IMG/VR virus record: IMGVR_UViG_3300049846_001081
Strand: one strand, 5' to 3'
From: a virus
Taxonomy: Duplodnaviria; Caudoviricetes
DNA: 64,000 bases
The position numbers were made by a program, and so were the translations under genes. Below the pieces are notes generated by a model. That model ran no database searches and was not told the origin of the DNA. It saw only the letters and a program-made list of their open reading frames with translations. This document shows, piece by piece, positions 30,694-40,800 of this stretch. Each line of letters opens with the position of its first letter. Position 1 is the first letter of the stretch.

Positions 30694-32392
30694 AACTATA
30701 AAGTGGAAAAATTTCTTAAGTACAGGAAATCACTATACTGAAGTTGATTTTACACAAAACAAAACTAATTTGATTATTGGTACGAATGGTGCAGGTAAGA
30801 GCACAGTATTGGATGCTCTTACTTTTTCTTTGTTTGGAAAACCATTTCGTAAGATTAATAAACCACAACTTATTAATTCAACTAATGATAAAGATTGTAA
30901 GGTTGAGGTGGAGTTTTCTATAGGTTCTACGGAATGGAAAGTAATTCGTGGAATCAAACCTGCTGTATTTGAAATTTGGAGAAATGATTCTGTATTGGAT
31001 CAGTCTGCTGCCGCTTTGGATCAGCAAAAATGGTTAGAACAAAATGTTCTTAAAATGAACTATAAGTCTTTTACTCAGATTGTAATTCTGGGTTCAAGCA
31101 CTTTTGTTCCCTTTATGCAACTTCCTGCATCTCATCGTCGTGAGGTCATTGAAGACTTGCTTGATATTAAAATCTTTTCTTCTATGAATACTGTAATTAA
31201 GGAAAAGATTCGTCAGGCAAAAGAGGAGGTTAAAACTTTAGAACTGAAAAAGGAAAACTTGAAAGATAAAGTTGAAATGCAAAAGAACTTTATTGAAGAG
31301 TTGGAGAATCGTGGTAATGCCAATATTAATGCCAACAAGGAAAAGATTACCAATTTAGATGAAGAAATTGATAATTATATAAAAGAAAATGAATCTACAG
31401 AAGAACCCCTTCAGCAACTTATTCGTGAACAAGATGTAATCACAGGATATGCTGAAAAACTTCGTAAGTTGGGAAATCTTAAAGGTAAGATATCTCAGAA
31501 AGTATCTACTCTTACTAAAGAGCATAAGTTCTTCACGGAAAATACGGTATGCCCTACTTGCACTCAATCTATTGAAGAGACCTTCAGAATAAATAGAATC
31601 AAGGACGCTCAAGATAAAGTAAAGGAGTTGCAATCTGGTTATAAAGAACTGGAAGAGGCAATTAAAGAGGAAGAGAAGCGAGAGCGTCAATTTAATACTC
31701 TGTCTAAGGAGATTACAAAACTAACTAATGGCATTTCTCAAAACAATATCAAGATTTCTGGATGTCAGAGACAAATCAGAGATCTTGAACATGAAATTCA
31801 AGTTCTTACCGAGAACCTTGCAAACCGAAATTCTGAACATGAGAAGTTAGAATCCTTTAAAGACAACTTAAAAACTACATACGACGAACTCGCTTCTAAA
31901 AAAGACTCAATTAACTATTACGATTTTACGTATAGTTTGCTTAAGGACGGTGGAGTAAAATCCAAAATCATTAAGAAGTATCTACCGCTGATAAATCAGC
32001 AAGTTAACCGTTATCTTCAGATGATGGATTTCTATATCAACTTCACGCTTGATGAGGAATTTAACGAAACCGTCCAATCACCTATTCATGAAGATTTCTC
32101 CTATGCTTCTTTTAGTGAAGGTGAAAAAATGAGAATTGACCTAGCACTTCTTTTCACTTGGAGGGAAGTTGCTAGGATGAAAAATTCGGTGAGTACAAAT
32201 CTTCTGATTATGGATGAGGTGTTTGATTCTTCACTTGATGGATTTGGTACAGAAGAGTTCCTTAAGATCATTCGTTATGTGATTAAAGACGCTAACATCT
32301 TTGTGATCTCTCACAAAACTGGACTAGAGGACAGATTTGAAAGTGTCATAAAGTTTGAAAAAGTTAAAGGTTTTTCGCGTATGGTGGTCTGA
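30680..32392 (+). CDS. gp46: Recombination ATPase gp46 (Rad50-like)
   Basis: GTNGAGKST, Zn-hook CPTC, signature FSEGE, Walker B LIMDEVFD. Confidence 0.96.
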   Translation: MILFKTIKWKNFLSTGNHYTEVDFTQNKTNLIIGTNGAGKSTVLDALTFSLFGKPFRKINKPQLINSTNDKDCKVEVEFSIGSTEWKVIRGIKPAVFEIWRNDSVLDQSAAALDQQKWLEQNVLKMNYKSFTQIVILGSSTFVPFMQLPASHRREVIEDLLDIKIFSSMNTVIKEKIRQAKEEVKTLELKKENLKDKVEMQKNFIEELENRGNANINANKEKITNLDEEIDNYIKENESTEEPLQQLIREQDVITGYAEKLRKLGNLKGKISQKVSTLTKEHKFFTENTVCPTCTQSIEETFRINRIKDAQDKVKELQSGYKELEEAIKEEEKRERQFNTLSKEITKLTNGISQNNIKISGCQRQIRDLEHEIQVLTENLANRNSEHEKLESFKDNLKTTYDELASKKDSINYYDFTYSLLKDGGVKSKIIKKYLPLINQQVNRYLQMMDFYINFTLDEEFNETVQSPIHEDFSYASFSEGEKMRIDLALLFTWREVARMKNSVSTNLLIMDEVFDSSLDGFGTEEFLKIIRYVIKDANIFVISHKTGLEDRFESVIKFEKVKGFSRMVV

Positions 32393-32406
32393 ACCACCCA
32401 AGAAGA

Positions 32407-32628
32407 ATGAAAGTTCCAAACTGGCAACATCACTCCCGCAAGGAGCAAAAACGAAAACTTAAACCGCAAGCACTGAGGCAAGCCAAAGCACGACTTGCCC
32501 AGTTCAAAAAGCGTCACATGGGTCGTCCGAAGGGCGACCTTTCGTTGTATGATGGGTACATACGAAACAAATCTGATGCCTGTTCGCCACGAAATCAAAT
32601 CCCAACTTGCGAAACTGCTTGCGACTGA
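32407..32628 (+). CDS. Small basic hypothetical protein
   Basis: MKVPNWQHHSRKEQKRKLKPQALRQAK; 3' part runs through a hairpin so true length is uncertain. Confidence 0.55.
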   Translation: MKVPNWQHHSRKEQKRKLKPQALRQAKARLAQFKKRHMGRPKGDLSLYDGYIRNKSDACSPRNQIPTCETACD

Positions 32629-34765
32629 AGATCTTGTAGTAGAGCACAAGAAGGTTTCTACCGCTTGCTTTAACGTTCATACTCGTGTTCTGACGCTTCC
32701 TCTGTGGGAGAAAGCAAGTGGTCTTGTATATGACCTTCTGGTGGGTCATGAGGTTGGTCACGCTCTCTTCACTCCTGATGAGGATTGGTTGGAGAAAGTA
32801 AAAGTTCCTCAACAGTTTGTGAATGTGGTTGAGGATGCTCGCATTGAGAAACTGATGAAGCGCAAATATGCTGGACTTGCTAAGACTTTTTACAATGGTT
32901 ATAAAGAACTGAATGAAGATGACTTCTTTCAAATTAAAGAAGAAGATATCTCTACTTTTAATCTTGCCGACAAAGTTAATCTCTATTACAAGATTGGAAA
33001 CTTTGTAGAAATTCCTTTTGATAATTTTGATGAGATGCCTATCGTCCGTATGATTGGTGAGTGTGAGACTTTCTCTGATGTTCTGATTGCCGCAGAATTT
33101 CTCTACAAGTATTGTAAGAAAAAAAAGGAGCAACAACAAAAGGTTGCTAACTTTGATTCTCATGAAATGCGAGGAGATTCCCAATCCCCCGCTAATGAGA
33201 TTGTAGAGACAAATGACTCCTCTTCTGAACAAGATGGTGACAGTGATAACTCTCAACCTAAAGAGGACACTGGATCATATGGAGGAACCGCTCAGGGAGA
33301 TCAAACTCCAGCGAAGTCTTCTGGTGAAGAAAATGAACCTGAAGTTCGTACTGCTGACTCTTTGGAAGAAAAACTTCGTGACCTTGTTGGTAGTGATACT
33401 TATGAGAATAGTTATGTTGAAGTTCCGCAACTGAATCTGAATACTGTTATTGGTAGTAACTTTGAAGTTCATAAGGATATTAATAATTCTTTTGATCATC
33501 AACAGAAACTTCATAATGAACATGCAAAAGATAGGGGATTTACTCCAGTAAATCTTTACAAAGAATCTGATGCCGAGTTTCGGAAGTTTAAGACTTCTGC
33601 TCAGAAAGAAGTGAACTATCTTGTCAAAGAGTTTGAATGTCGTAAAGCGGCAGACCAGTATGCTCGTGCTTCAACTGCCCGCACTGGTGTTCTTGATACT
33701 ACTCGTCTTCATACCTACAAATACAATGAAGATCTATTCAAGAAAGTTTCGGTGATTCCTGATGGAAAGAATCACGGTCTTGTATTTGTTTTGGATTGGA
33801 GTGGTTCTATGTCCGATGTAATGCTTGATACTTGTAAGCAACTCTTTAATCTTGTGTGGTTCTGTAAGAAAGTTTCTATTCCTTTTGAGGTTTATGCTTT
33901 CACAAATGAATGGCGTCGTTGTGAGTATAATTATGAAGCAGAACAATATATTGCTGCAGATCGCACACCTCATTATGAGAAAAAAGAAGGTCTGTTGGTT
34001 GTAGATGAAACTTTTTCTATGATGAATATTCTCACCAGCAAAGTTTCTGGTAAGGAATTGGAGCACCAACTTCTTAATATTTGGCGTCTTGCTTATTGTT
34101 TTGGTAGGACTTATCATTCTCCTTACACTTATCCCAACCGTTTGTGTCTGTCTGGAACTCCTTTGAATGAAGCATTGATTTCTCTTTATCAGATTCTTCC
34201 TAAGTTTCAGAAAGAGAATAAACTTCAGAAGGTTCAGTGTATTGTTCTTACTGATGGTGAAGCGAATCAACTTGTTTATCATAAAGAAGTTCATCGTTCT
34301 TATTCTAAAGATCCTGTTCTTGGAACTGGGTATGTTCATTCTCACAACACTATTCTTCGTGATCGCAAACTTGGAACAACCTATAAAATTGATGAAGGAT
34401 ATCATGGATTTACAGATACTCTCCTCAAAAATCTAAAAGATAAGTTTGCATCAATGAATTTTATCGGTATTCGTGTTCTTGAAAGCCGAAATGTTTATCG
34501 TTTTATTCAACTTTATCACACTCAATCTGATAAGCAGTATGAAAAAATCCAGAGTGACTGGAAAAAACTGAAGAGTTTCACTATTACTAATTCTGGTTAC
34601 GATGCTTACTTTGGATTGTCCTCAACAGCCCTTTCTCAGGATACTGAATTTGAAGTTGCTGAAGATGCTACCAAGTCTCAAATCAAATCAGCATTTGCCA
34701 AGTCTCTGAAGACTAAAAAACTAAATAAAAAAGTACTGGGCGAGTTTATCTCTTTAGTTGCATGA
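32576..34765 (+). CDS. Metallopeptidase-motif plus vWA domain protein (CobT-like partner of CobS)
   Basis: Start MPVRHEIK at 32576; HEVGH plus EDARIE; vWA MIDAS LDWSGSM, SGTP, LTDGE. Confidence 0.8.
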   Translation: MPVRHEIKSQLAKLLATEDLVVEHKKVSTACFNVHTRVLTLPLWEKASGLVYDLLVGHEVGHALFTPDEDWLEKVKVPQQFVNVVEDARIEKLMKRKYAGLAKTFYNGYKELNEDDFFQIKEEDISTFNLADKVNLYYKIGNFVEIPFDNFDEMPIVRMIGECETFSDVLIAAEFLYKYCKKKKEQQQKVANFDSHEMRGDSQSPANEIVETNDSSSEQDGDSDNSQPKEDTGSYGGTAQGDQTPAKSSGEENEPEVRTADSLEEKLRDLVGSDTYENSYVEVPQLNLNTVIGSNFEVHKDINNSFDHQQKLHNEHAKDRGFTPVNLYKESDAEFRKFKTSAQKEVNYLVKEFECRKAADQYARASTARTGVLDTTRLHTYKYNEDLFKKVSVIPDGKNHGLVFVLDWSGSMSDVMLDTCKQLFNLVWFCKKVSIPFEVYAFTNEWRRCEYNYEAEQYIAADRTPHYEKKEGLLVVDETFSMMNILTSKVSGKELEHQLLNIWRLAYCFGRTYHSPYTYPNRLCLSGTPLNEALISLYQILPKFQKENKLQKVQCIVLTDGEANQLVYHKEVHRSYSKDPVLGTGYVHSHNTILRDRKLGTTYKIDEGYHGFTDTLLKNLKDKFASMNFIGIRVLESRNVYRFIQLYHTQSDKQYEKIQSDWKKLKSFTITNSGYDAYFGLSSTALSQDTEFEVAEDATKSQIKSAFAKSLKTKKLNKKVLGEFISLVA

Positions 34766-34986
34766 AGACTTACAAAGAATTTGTTACTGAAGCTGGAGAT
34801 TGGTGGCATCCAGATCCAAAAAAAGATCGTACTATAAGTGGATCGGGAAATAAAATGAGAGCGCGGGAAGATCGCGGAGATGATGTTTCCGTGCAAAAGA
34901 AACCCGATTACAGTAACAGACTTAAACCAGGTGAAACATATATGCAATTTGCAAAACGCAAACAATCAGAGGGGACTAATAGGTGA
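34762..34986 (+). CDS. Small protein with capsid-targeting-like N-terminus
   Basis: MKTYKEFVTE; CTAAATA at 34721-34727 upstream. Confidence 0.7.
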   Translation: MKTYKEFVTEAGDWWHPDPKKDRTISGSGNKMRAREDRGDDVSVQKKPDYSNRLKPGETYMQFAKRKQSEGTNR

Positions 34987-35168
34987 AAACTAAATTTCCA
35001 TTTGAACACGTAGTAAAATACGATACTAAAGAAGTGTGGATTAAGTGCAACAGTGCAACTACTGCTTTAGGTATTCCTGCACTTGTAAAAAAATATTATC
35101 CAGGTTATACTGGGCACATTGCAAGCAATGAATACCTTGAAGAACTCAAGAACCAGTTGGCGAACTGA
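34983..35168 (+). CDS. Hypothetical protein
   Basis: 61-aa ORF coupled to upstream gene and followed by a terminator. Confidence 0.6.
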   Translation: MKTKFPFEHVVKYDTKEVWIKCNSATTALGIPALVKKYYPGYTGHIASNEYLEELKNQLAN

Positions 35169-35173
35169 CCATC

Positions 35174-35197
35174 GGGGTCCCAAGCGGACCCCTTTTT
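35174..35197 (+). terminator. Rho-independent terminator followed by a TATAAT box
   Basis: GGGGTCC-caagc-GGACCCC-T5; TATAAT at 35202-35207. Confidence 0.8.
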
Positions 35198-35239
35198 CGT
35201 TTATAATGACTAGGTTGAAACAAAGCAAACGCCCTGATT

Positions 35240-36358
35240 ATGGCACTCTCCTCCGACTACATCCGCACTTCTCTTCAGTCACTCTATGGTAATAATGTGA
35301 CTGGTGCTGACATTCGTGCATGGTGTGCTCTGAATGATTCCAACTATCAAACTGTTACTAAAAAACTTGATCAGTTTAAAGTTGCTCGTGGCAAATGGAA
35401 CCTTGAAGTGACTCAACAAAAAGTGGAAGAAATTGAGCGTACTTTTCAAGCACCTGCTGTGGTCCCCCCTGTAGAACAGAATCTTATTCCTGATAAAGAT
35501 GATACCTTCGTCAAGTTTGGTAATTTTAACGACGTTAAAAAAATTATTCAGTCCCGTATTTTTTACCCTACGTTCATTACGGGTCTTTCGGGTAACGGTA
35601 AAACGTTCGGCGTGGAGCAAGCGTGTGCTCAACTTAAGCGTGAATTGATTCGTGTTAACATCACGATTGAGACTGACGAGGATGATCTGATTGGCGGTTT
35701 CCGTCTTGTGAATGGTGAAACTGTTTGGCACAATGGTCCTGTGATTGAAGCACTGGAACGTGGTGCAATTCTGCTTCTGGATGAGATTGACCTTGCTTCT
35801 AACAAGATTCTGTGTCTCCAATCCGTTCTGGAAGGTAAAGGTGTTTTCTTGAAGAAAATCGGTCGCTTCGTGAAACCTGCTTCTGGGTTCAACGTGATTG
35901 CCACCGCAAACACCAAAGGTAAGGGTAGTGATGACGGTCGTTTCATCGGCACTAACGTTCTCAACGAAGCATTCCTTGAGCGTTTCCCCGTGACCTTTGA
36001 GCAGTCCTATCCTGCCCCTGCAACCGAGCAGAAGATCCTTGAGGGCATCGCTCTGGACCTTGGCGTGGAAGACCGTGATTTCTGCAAGCGCCTTGTGGAC
36101 TGGGCTGATATCATCCGCAAGACCTTCTACGATGGTGGTATTGAGGAAATCATCAGCACCCGCCGTCTGGTGCATATTGTTCGTGCTTACAGCATCTTTG
36201 GTAACAAGGCAAAGGCAATTGATGTTTGCACCGCACGATTTGATGATGAAACCAAGACTGCCTTTATTGAACTTTACGATAAGGTGGATGCTGATTTCCA
36301 AATGCCGTCGCAACCTGAACTGACTGTTGAGTACGTTGACTATCCCCATCAAATTTGA
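35240..36358 (+). CDS. cobS: CobS/MoxR-like AAA+ ATPase
   Basis: Walker A GLSGNGKT, Walker B LLLDEID, TANTKG, AFLERF arginine finger. Confidence 0.88.
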   Translation: MALSSDYIRTSLQSLYGNNVTGADIRAWCALNDSNYQTVTKKLDQFKVARGKWNLEVTQQKVEEIERTFQAPAVVPPVEQNLIPDKDDTFVKFGNFNDVKKIIQSRIFYPTFITGLSGNGKTFGVEQACAQLKRELIRVNITIETDEDDLIGGFRLVNGETVWHNGPVIEALERGAILLLDEIDLASNKILCLQSVLEGKGVFLKKIGRFVKPASGFNVIATANTKGKGSDDGRFIGTNVLNEAFLERFPVTFEQSYPAPATEQKILEGIALDLGVEDRDFCKRLVDWADIIRKTFYDGGIEEIISTRRLVHIVRAYSIFGNKAKAIDVCTARFDDETKTAFIELYDKVDADFQMPSQPELTVEYVDYPHQI

Positions 36359-36412
36359 TAGAATATGAGGAGGTCAATGTGCCTCCTATTTTGCCCTTTA
36401 CTATGAAACAAA

Positions 36413-36913
36413 ATGTCTGAAAACTTTGAGAGCACTTACGAAAATTCTATTCCTAAAACATTTGGGGATACTGTGATTTATGGTGGAGAAGGAACTGATA
36501 CTATTTCCTTTGGATCTCCCCGTCCTGCACAAGATTTTATTTACGCAGCAGGATCAGTTCCCTTTGCTAGTTTTGGAAGTTCTTCCCCTGATACTATTAC
36601 CTTTAATTTGAAAATGCCCGAAGATACAAATAAAAATCATTTCTGGAAATATAACGAAGACAAAATCCTCAAGCAACTTGAAGAATATATCGCTGGAACT
36701 TATAGTCAGCACTATGTTGATCGTACTGGTGGTGGAACAGAACAAACACTAGACAAGATCAAACACAATCGCCGTGAAGGTTTCTGTGCTGGTAATGTAA
36801 CCAAATATATTGATCGTTACGACACTAAAGGAACTCCCCGTGCTGATCTATTCAAGGTTCTTCACTACACTATTCTTCTGATCAACCATCTTAATCTTAT
36901 TGAAAATAAGTGA
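36413..36913 (+). CDS. Hypothetical protein with DUF3310-like C-terminal domain
   Basis: TYSQHY...GFCAGNVTKYIDRY..KG...DLFKVLHY. Confidence 0.65.
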   Translation: MSENFESTYENSIPKTFGDTVIYGGEGTDTISFGSPRPAQDFIYAAGSVPFASFGSSSPDTITFNLKMPEDTNKNHFWKYNEDKILKQLEEYIAGTYSQHYVDRTGGGTEQTLDKIKHNRREGFCAGNVTKYIDRYDTKGTPRADLFKVLHYTILLINHLNLIENK

Positions 36914-37581
36914 TTATGAAACTTTCTGATAAAACTCTTTCTGTTCTGAAGAACTTTTCTTCCATTAATCAATCTATCCTTTTCAAGCAAGGAAGTAAAC
37001 TTCGCACCATCTCTGTGATGAAGAATATTCTTGCAGAAGCGACGATTACTGAAGAGTTTCCAAAAGACTTTGGAATCTATGACTTGAATCAGTTTCTGAA
37101 TGGTCTTGGTCTCCATCAAAGTCCAGAACTTGATTTTGCGAATGACGGATATGCGGTCATCCGCGAAGGTAAAATGCGGTCCAAGTATTTCTTTGCTGAT
37201 CCAAATGTAATTATTACTCCTCCAGACAAAGCAATTAGTCTTCCTACTGAAGATGTTTGTTTTGAGTTGAGCACTGAACAATTAGACAAACTTCTGAAAG
37301 CCGCAGCAGTTTATCAACTTCCAGATATTTCTGCTGTTGGTGAAGCAGGTGTGGTAAAACTGGTTGTTCGTGATAAGAAGAATGATACTTCCAATGATTT
37401 CTCCATTGTTGTTGGAGAAACTGAGTCTGAGTTTGTTTTCAACTTTAAGGTGGAAAACATTAAGATTCTTCCTGGGACCTATGAGGTAGTTGTTTCGCAA
37501 AAACTTTTGTCACGATTCCAGTCTAAGAACCACGACCTTTGCTATTATATTGCTCTGGAACCTGATTCTACTTTTGGATGA
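36910..37581 (+). CDS. gp45: Sliding clamp gp45
   Basis: MKLSDKTLSVLKNFSSINQSI, FGIYDLNQFL, YYIALE. Confidence 0.95.
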   Translation: MIMKLSDKTLSVLKNFSSINQSILFKQGSKLRTISVMKNILAEATITEEFPKDFGIYDLNQFLNGLGLHQSPELDFANDGYAVIREGKMRSKYFFADPNVIITPPDKAISLPTEDVCFELSTEQLDKLLKAAAVYQLPDISAVGEAGVVKLVVRDKKNDTSNDFSIVVGETESEFVFNFKVENIKILPGTYEVVVSQKLLSRFQSKNHDLCYYIALEPDSTFG

Positions 37582-38090
37582 ACATCTTTGTAACTTCTCC
37601 TTGGCCTGCTGAGAGTGCTATTTGTCTTCCTGACAAACACGTTGTCAAGATGCCATTAGAATGCTGTCAAATGCTTTCTATTGTGGCATCTGACAAATGG
37701 GGTCATAATTATGGTCCTTTATATAAAATTGATAACACTCCCTACAGAACTGAAAAGGGTGCATTTCGTAATCATCCCTGCACCAAATGGGCTATGGAAA
37801 GTATCCATAATGCATATTGGTTGATTAAACATGGTTTAAACTTGTGTGATGAATATACCTTACGGTATAATAAAACTCATGCTTGCTACAAAACTTTAGT
37901 TGATGCTTATTATTTGTTTCCGAAAGGTAAAATAAACGAAGTAACTTCATTTGCTAGAGCAATGCCAGATGAGTATAAACTTGACACAAGCATTGACACT
38001 TTTACTGCTTACAAGATGTATATCGCATCCAAACCTTGGGTTGCATCTAATTATCTTCGTATGCCAGAACGAAAACCTGATTGGGTATAA
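37578..38090 (+). CDS. Pyrimidine-dimer glycosylase (DenV)-related protein
   Basis: MNIF...DKHVVKMPLECCQMLS...NHPCTKW pattern. Confidence 0.6.
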   Translation: MNIFVTSPWPAESAICLPDKHVVKMPLECCQMLSIVASDKWGHNYGPLYKIDNTPYRTEKGAFRNHPCTKWAMESIHNAYWLIKHGLNLCDEYTLRYNKTHACYKTLVDAYYLFPKGKINEVTSFARAMPDEYKLDTSIDTFTAYKMYIASKPWVASNYLRMPERKPDWV

Positions 38091-38095
38091 ACATT

Positions 38096-39043
38096 ATGAG
38101 TCGTAATGAATTTTTGTGGGTTGAAAAATACCGACCCAAAACAATTGAAGATTGCATTCTCCCAGAGGGAACCAAAAAAACTTTTAAAGACTTCCTAGAT
38201 AAAGGAGAAGTTCCCAACCTTCTTCTTGCTGGACCTGCTGGGTGCGGTAAGACAACAGTAGCAAAAGCACTATGTAATGAACTAGGAGTAGATGTATATG
38301 TCATTAACGGATCCGACGAAGGTAGATTCCTTGATACTGTCCGAAACACTGCGAAGAACTTCGCTTCCACCGTATCGCTTTCGTCAACTGCTAAACACAA
38401 AGTCATCATTATTGATGAGGCAGATAACACAACCAACGACGTTCAACTCCTCTTACGGGCGTCTATTGAGGAATTTAGTAACAATTGCAGATTCATCTTC
38501 ACCTGCAATTACAAAAACAAAATCATTGAACCTCTCCACTCCCGATGTGCCGTGGTGGACTTCAGTATCAAAGGCAAGGAAAGGACCAACCTTGCTGCAG
38601 GTTTTTATGGACGCTTGCAAGACATCTTACAAAAGGAGGGGATCAAATATGATTCAAAAGTTCTCGTTGAACTTATTAACAAACATTTCCCCGATTGGAG
38701 ACGAATCCTCAATGAGTGCCAACGCTATTCGTCGGGAGGAGAAATCAACACGGGCATTCTTGCAACTTTTAGTGATGTAAAAATCAATGATCTCGTTAGT
38801 CATCTTAAGGATAAAAACTTTCCTGAAGTCCGAAAGTGGGTGGTCTCCAACTTGGATAACGATGCTTCTCACCTTCTTCGCAGGGTTTATGACGCTGTTT
38901 ATGATTGCTTACTTCCCCAATCTATCCCTGCTGCCGTTCTTGTTATTGCTAAGTATCAATACCAATGTGCGTTTGTGGCTGACCAAGAAATTAACCTCTT
39001 AGCAGCATTAACAGAAATTATGGTGGAGTGTGAATTTAAATGA
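38096..39043 (+). CDS. gp44: Clamp loader large subunit gp44
   Basis: LWVEKYRP, GPAGCGKTT, IIDEAD, SRC, FPDWRR. Confidence 0.96.
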   Translation: MSRNEFLWVEKYRPKTIEDCILPEGTKKTFKDFLDKGEVPNLLLAGPAGCGKTTVAKALCNELGVDVYVINGSDEGRFLDTVRNTAKNFASTVSLSSTAKHKVIIIDEADNTTNDVQLLLRASIEEFSNNCRFIFTCNYKNKIIEPLHSRCAVVDFSIKGKERTNLAAGFYGRLQDILQKEGIKYDSKVLVELINKHFPDWRRILNECQRYSSGGEINTGILATFSDVKINDLVSHLKDKNFPEVRKWVVSNLDNDASHLLRRVYDAVYDCLLPQSIPAAVLVIAKYQYQCAFVADQEINLLAALTEIMVECEFK

Positions 39044-39888
39044 AATCTCTAAAAACCCCTTTACGTTACCCTGGTGGTAAGTCTCGCGCCTGTGAAAAAA
39101 TAGGACTTTATATTCCAGATCTTCGTAACTATGATGAGTTCCGTGAACCATTTCTTGGTGGTGGAAGTGTTGCGATTTATATCGCCAAAAAATATCCTGG
39201 ATTAAATATTTGGGTAAATGATTTATACGAACCGCTGGTAAATTTCTGGCAACAACTCCAGATGTTTGGCAATGATCTTAAAGATAAACTGGTAGAATTA
39301 AAGACAGCAAACAATACTCCCGATTTGGCAAGAGAACTTTTTCTTCACTCAAAGGGGCAGATCAATGACCAAAGTTTGCCAAGTATTTATCGTGCTGTGG
39401 CTTTCTATGTTGTTAATAAGTGTTCTTTTAGTGGTCTCACAGAGAGTTCATCATTTTCGCAACAGGCATCTAACTCCAACTTTTCAATGCGTGGTATTGA
39501 AAAACTGCCTGCGTATTCTGCGTTGATTGCAAACTGGCGTATAACTAACTATTCCTACGACTATTTGTTGGATGGGAATATGGGTGCTTTTGTGTATCTT
39601 GATCCTCCTTATGACATTAAGGATAATCTCTATGGGAATAAAGGATCAATGCATAAAGGATTTGATCACGATAAGTTTGCTACTGATTGCGCTTCTTGTT
39701 ATATGCATCAACTGATAAGTTATAACTCTGATCAACTTGTAAAAGACCGTTTTATAGGTGAAAAATGGAAGACTGGTGAGTTTGATCTAACTTATACGAT
39801 GCGTTCTGTTGGTGAATATATGCGGGAGCAAAAAGAAAGAAAAGAACTTCTGCTGTTTAATTATAATAAAGATTTGTTATGGAATTGA
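39040..39888 (+). CDS. dam: DNA adenine methyltransferase (Dam/D12 class)
   Basis: LRYPGGKS, EPFLGGGSV, YLDPPY. Confidence 0.88.
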   Translation: MKSLKTPLRYPGGKSRACEKIGLYIPDLRNYDEFREPFLGGGSVAIYIAKKYPGLNIWVNDLYEPLVNFWQQLQMFGNDLKDKLVELKTANNTPDLARELFLHSKGQINDQSLPSIYRAVAFYVVNKCSFSGLTESSSFSQQASNSNFSMRGIEKLPAYSALIANWRITNYSYDYLLDGNMGAFVYLDPPYDIKDNLYGNKGSMHKGFDHDKFATDCASCYMHQLISYNSDQLVKDRFIGEKWKTGEFDLTYTMRSVGEYMREQKERKELLLFNYNKDLLWN

Positions 39889-40247
39889 AAGATTGGTTGA
39901 ACTCAATTAATTTTACAAAGGAAGACCTATCGGAAAATACTAAGGATTATCCTCCATATATTATCAATCGTTGTCTTTCTGGTCATATTGACTGTATTTT
40001 ATTTGCAAATGAAATGAATATTCATCATCAACTTGATAAAGATATGCAATATTCATTTTATCTAAATAGTTTGAGGAAAAAGAAGAGGTTTTCTCCCTGG
40101 CTCCGAAAGGATAAGGTTACAGACTTAGAATGTGTTAAATCATACTATGGATATAGTAATGAAAAAGCATCTCAAGCACTGAAAATCCTGACAAAAGAAC
40201 AACTTACTTTCATCAAAAAACGACTTGATATTGGAGGAAAAAAATGA
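39879..40247 (+). CDS. gp62: Clamp loader small subunit gp62
   Basis: YPPYIINRCLS, RKKKRFSPW, YYGYSNEKA. Confidence 0.9.
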   Translation: MELKDWLNSINFTKEDLSENTKDYPPYIINRCLSGHIDCILFANEMNIHHQLDKDMQYSFYLNSLRKKKRFSPWLRKDKVTDLECVKSYYGYSNEKASQALKILTKEQLTFIKKRLDIGGKK

Positions 40248-40681
40248 CTACTACGGTAGAACCTACTGTTGAATGGTCTCAGGACCAAATGGTAGAGGTA
40301 ATTCTTAATGAACCTGATGATTTTCTGAAAGTTCGTGAAACTTTGACTCGCATTGGAGTTGCATCAAGAAAGGAGAAAAAACTCTATCAATCTTGCCATA
40401 TTCTACACAAACAAGGTAGATATTTTATCGTTCACTTTAAAGAATTGTTTGCTCTTGACGGTAAACATGCAAACTTAACTGTAAACGATGTTCAAAGACG
40501 CAATCGTATTGTTCGTCTTCTTGCCGACTGGGGACTTATCACGGTTGTAAAAGAAAGTTCTGTTACTGATATTGCACCACTCAATCAAATTAAAGTTCTT
40601 GCTTATAAGGACAAAAATGATTGGATTCTTGAACAGAAATATAATATTGGTAAAAAAGGAAAAACAACAGACGGTGAATAA
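40244..40681 (+). CDS. regA: Translational repressor RegA
   Basis: FLKVRETLTRIGVAS, LYQSCHILHKQGRYFIVHFKELFALDG. Confidence 0.95.
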   Translation: MTTTVEPTVEWSQDQMVEVILNEPDDFLKVRETLTRIGVASRKEKKLYQSCHILHKQGRYFIVHFKELFALDGKHANLTVNDVQRRNRIVRLLADWGLITVVKESSVTDIAPLNQIKVLAYKDKNDWILEQKYNIGKKGKTTDGE

Positions 40682-40732
40682 ATAGTATGTCGCTTTCGTG
40701 CGCGACACGCTACAACGGAATAACGCTATGAT

Positions 40733-40768
40733 GGAGGGCTTGACACCCTCCTTTTTTTCTGCTATAAT
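40733..40768 (+). promoter_or_regulatory. Terminator hairpin containing the -35 of a consensus sigma70 promoter driving the R-M pair
   Basis: GGAGGG-cttgaca-CCCTCC-T7; TTGACA 40740-40745, N17, TATAAT 40763-40768. Confidence 0.85.
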
Positions 40769-40800
40769 AAGAACGATTGATAAACCAACTACCTTTTACT

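Noticed and set aside
32504-34405. 250-aa and 223-aa minus-strand ORFs
   Set aside because: Antisense to the peptidase-vWA gene; Phe/Ile/Leu-rich composition typical of shadows in AT-rich DNA.
35279-36352. 357-aa minus-strand ORF
   Set aside because: Exact antisense shadow of cobS, explained by codon bias of the sense gene; no RBS, promoter or recognisable motif.
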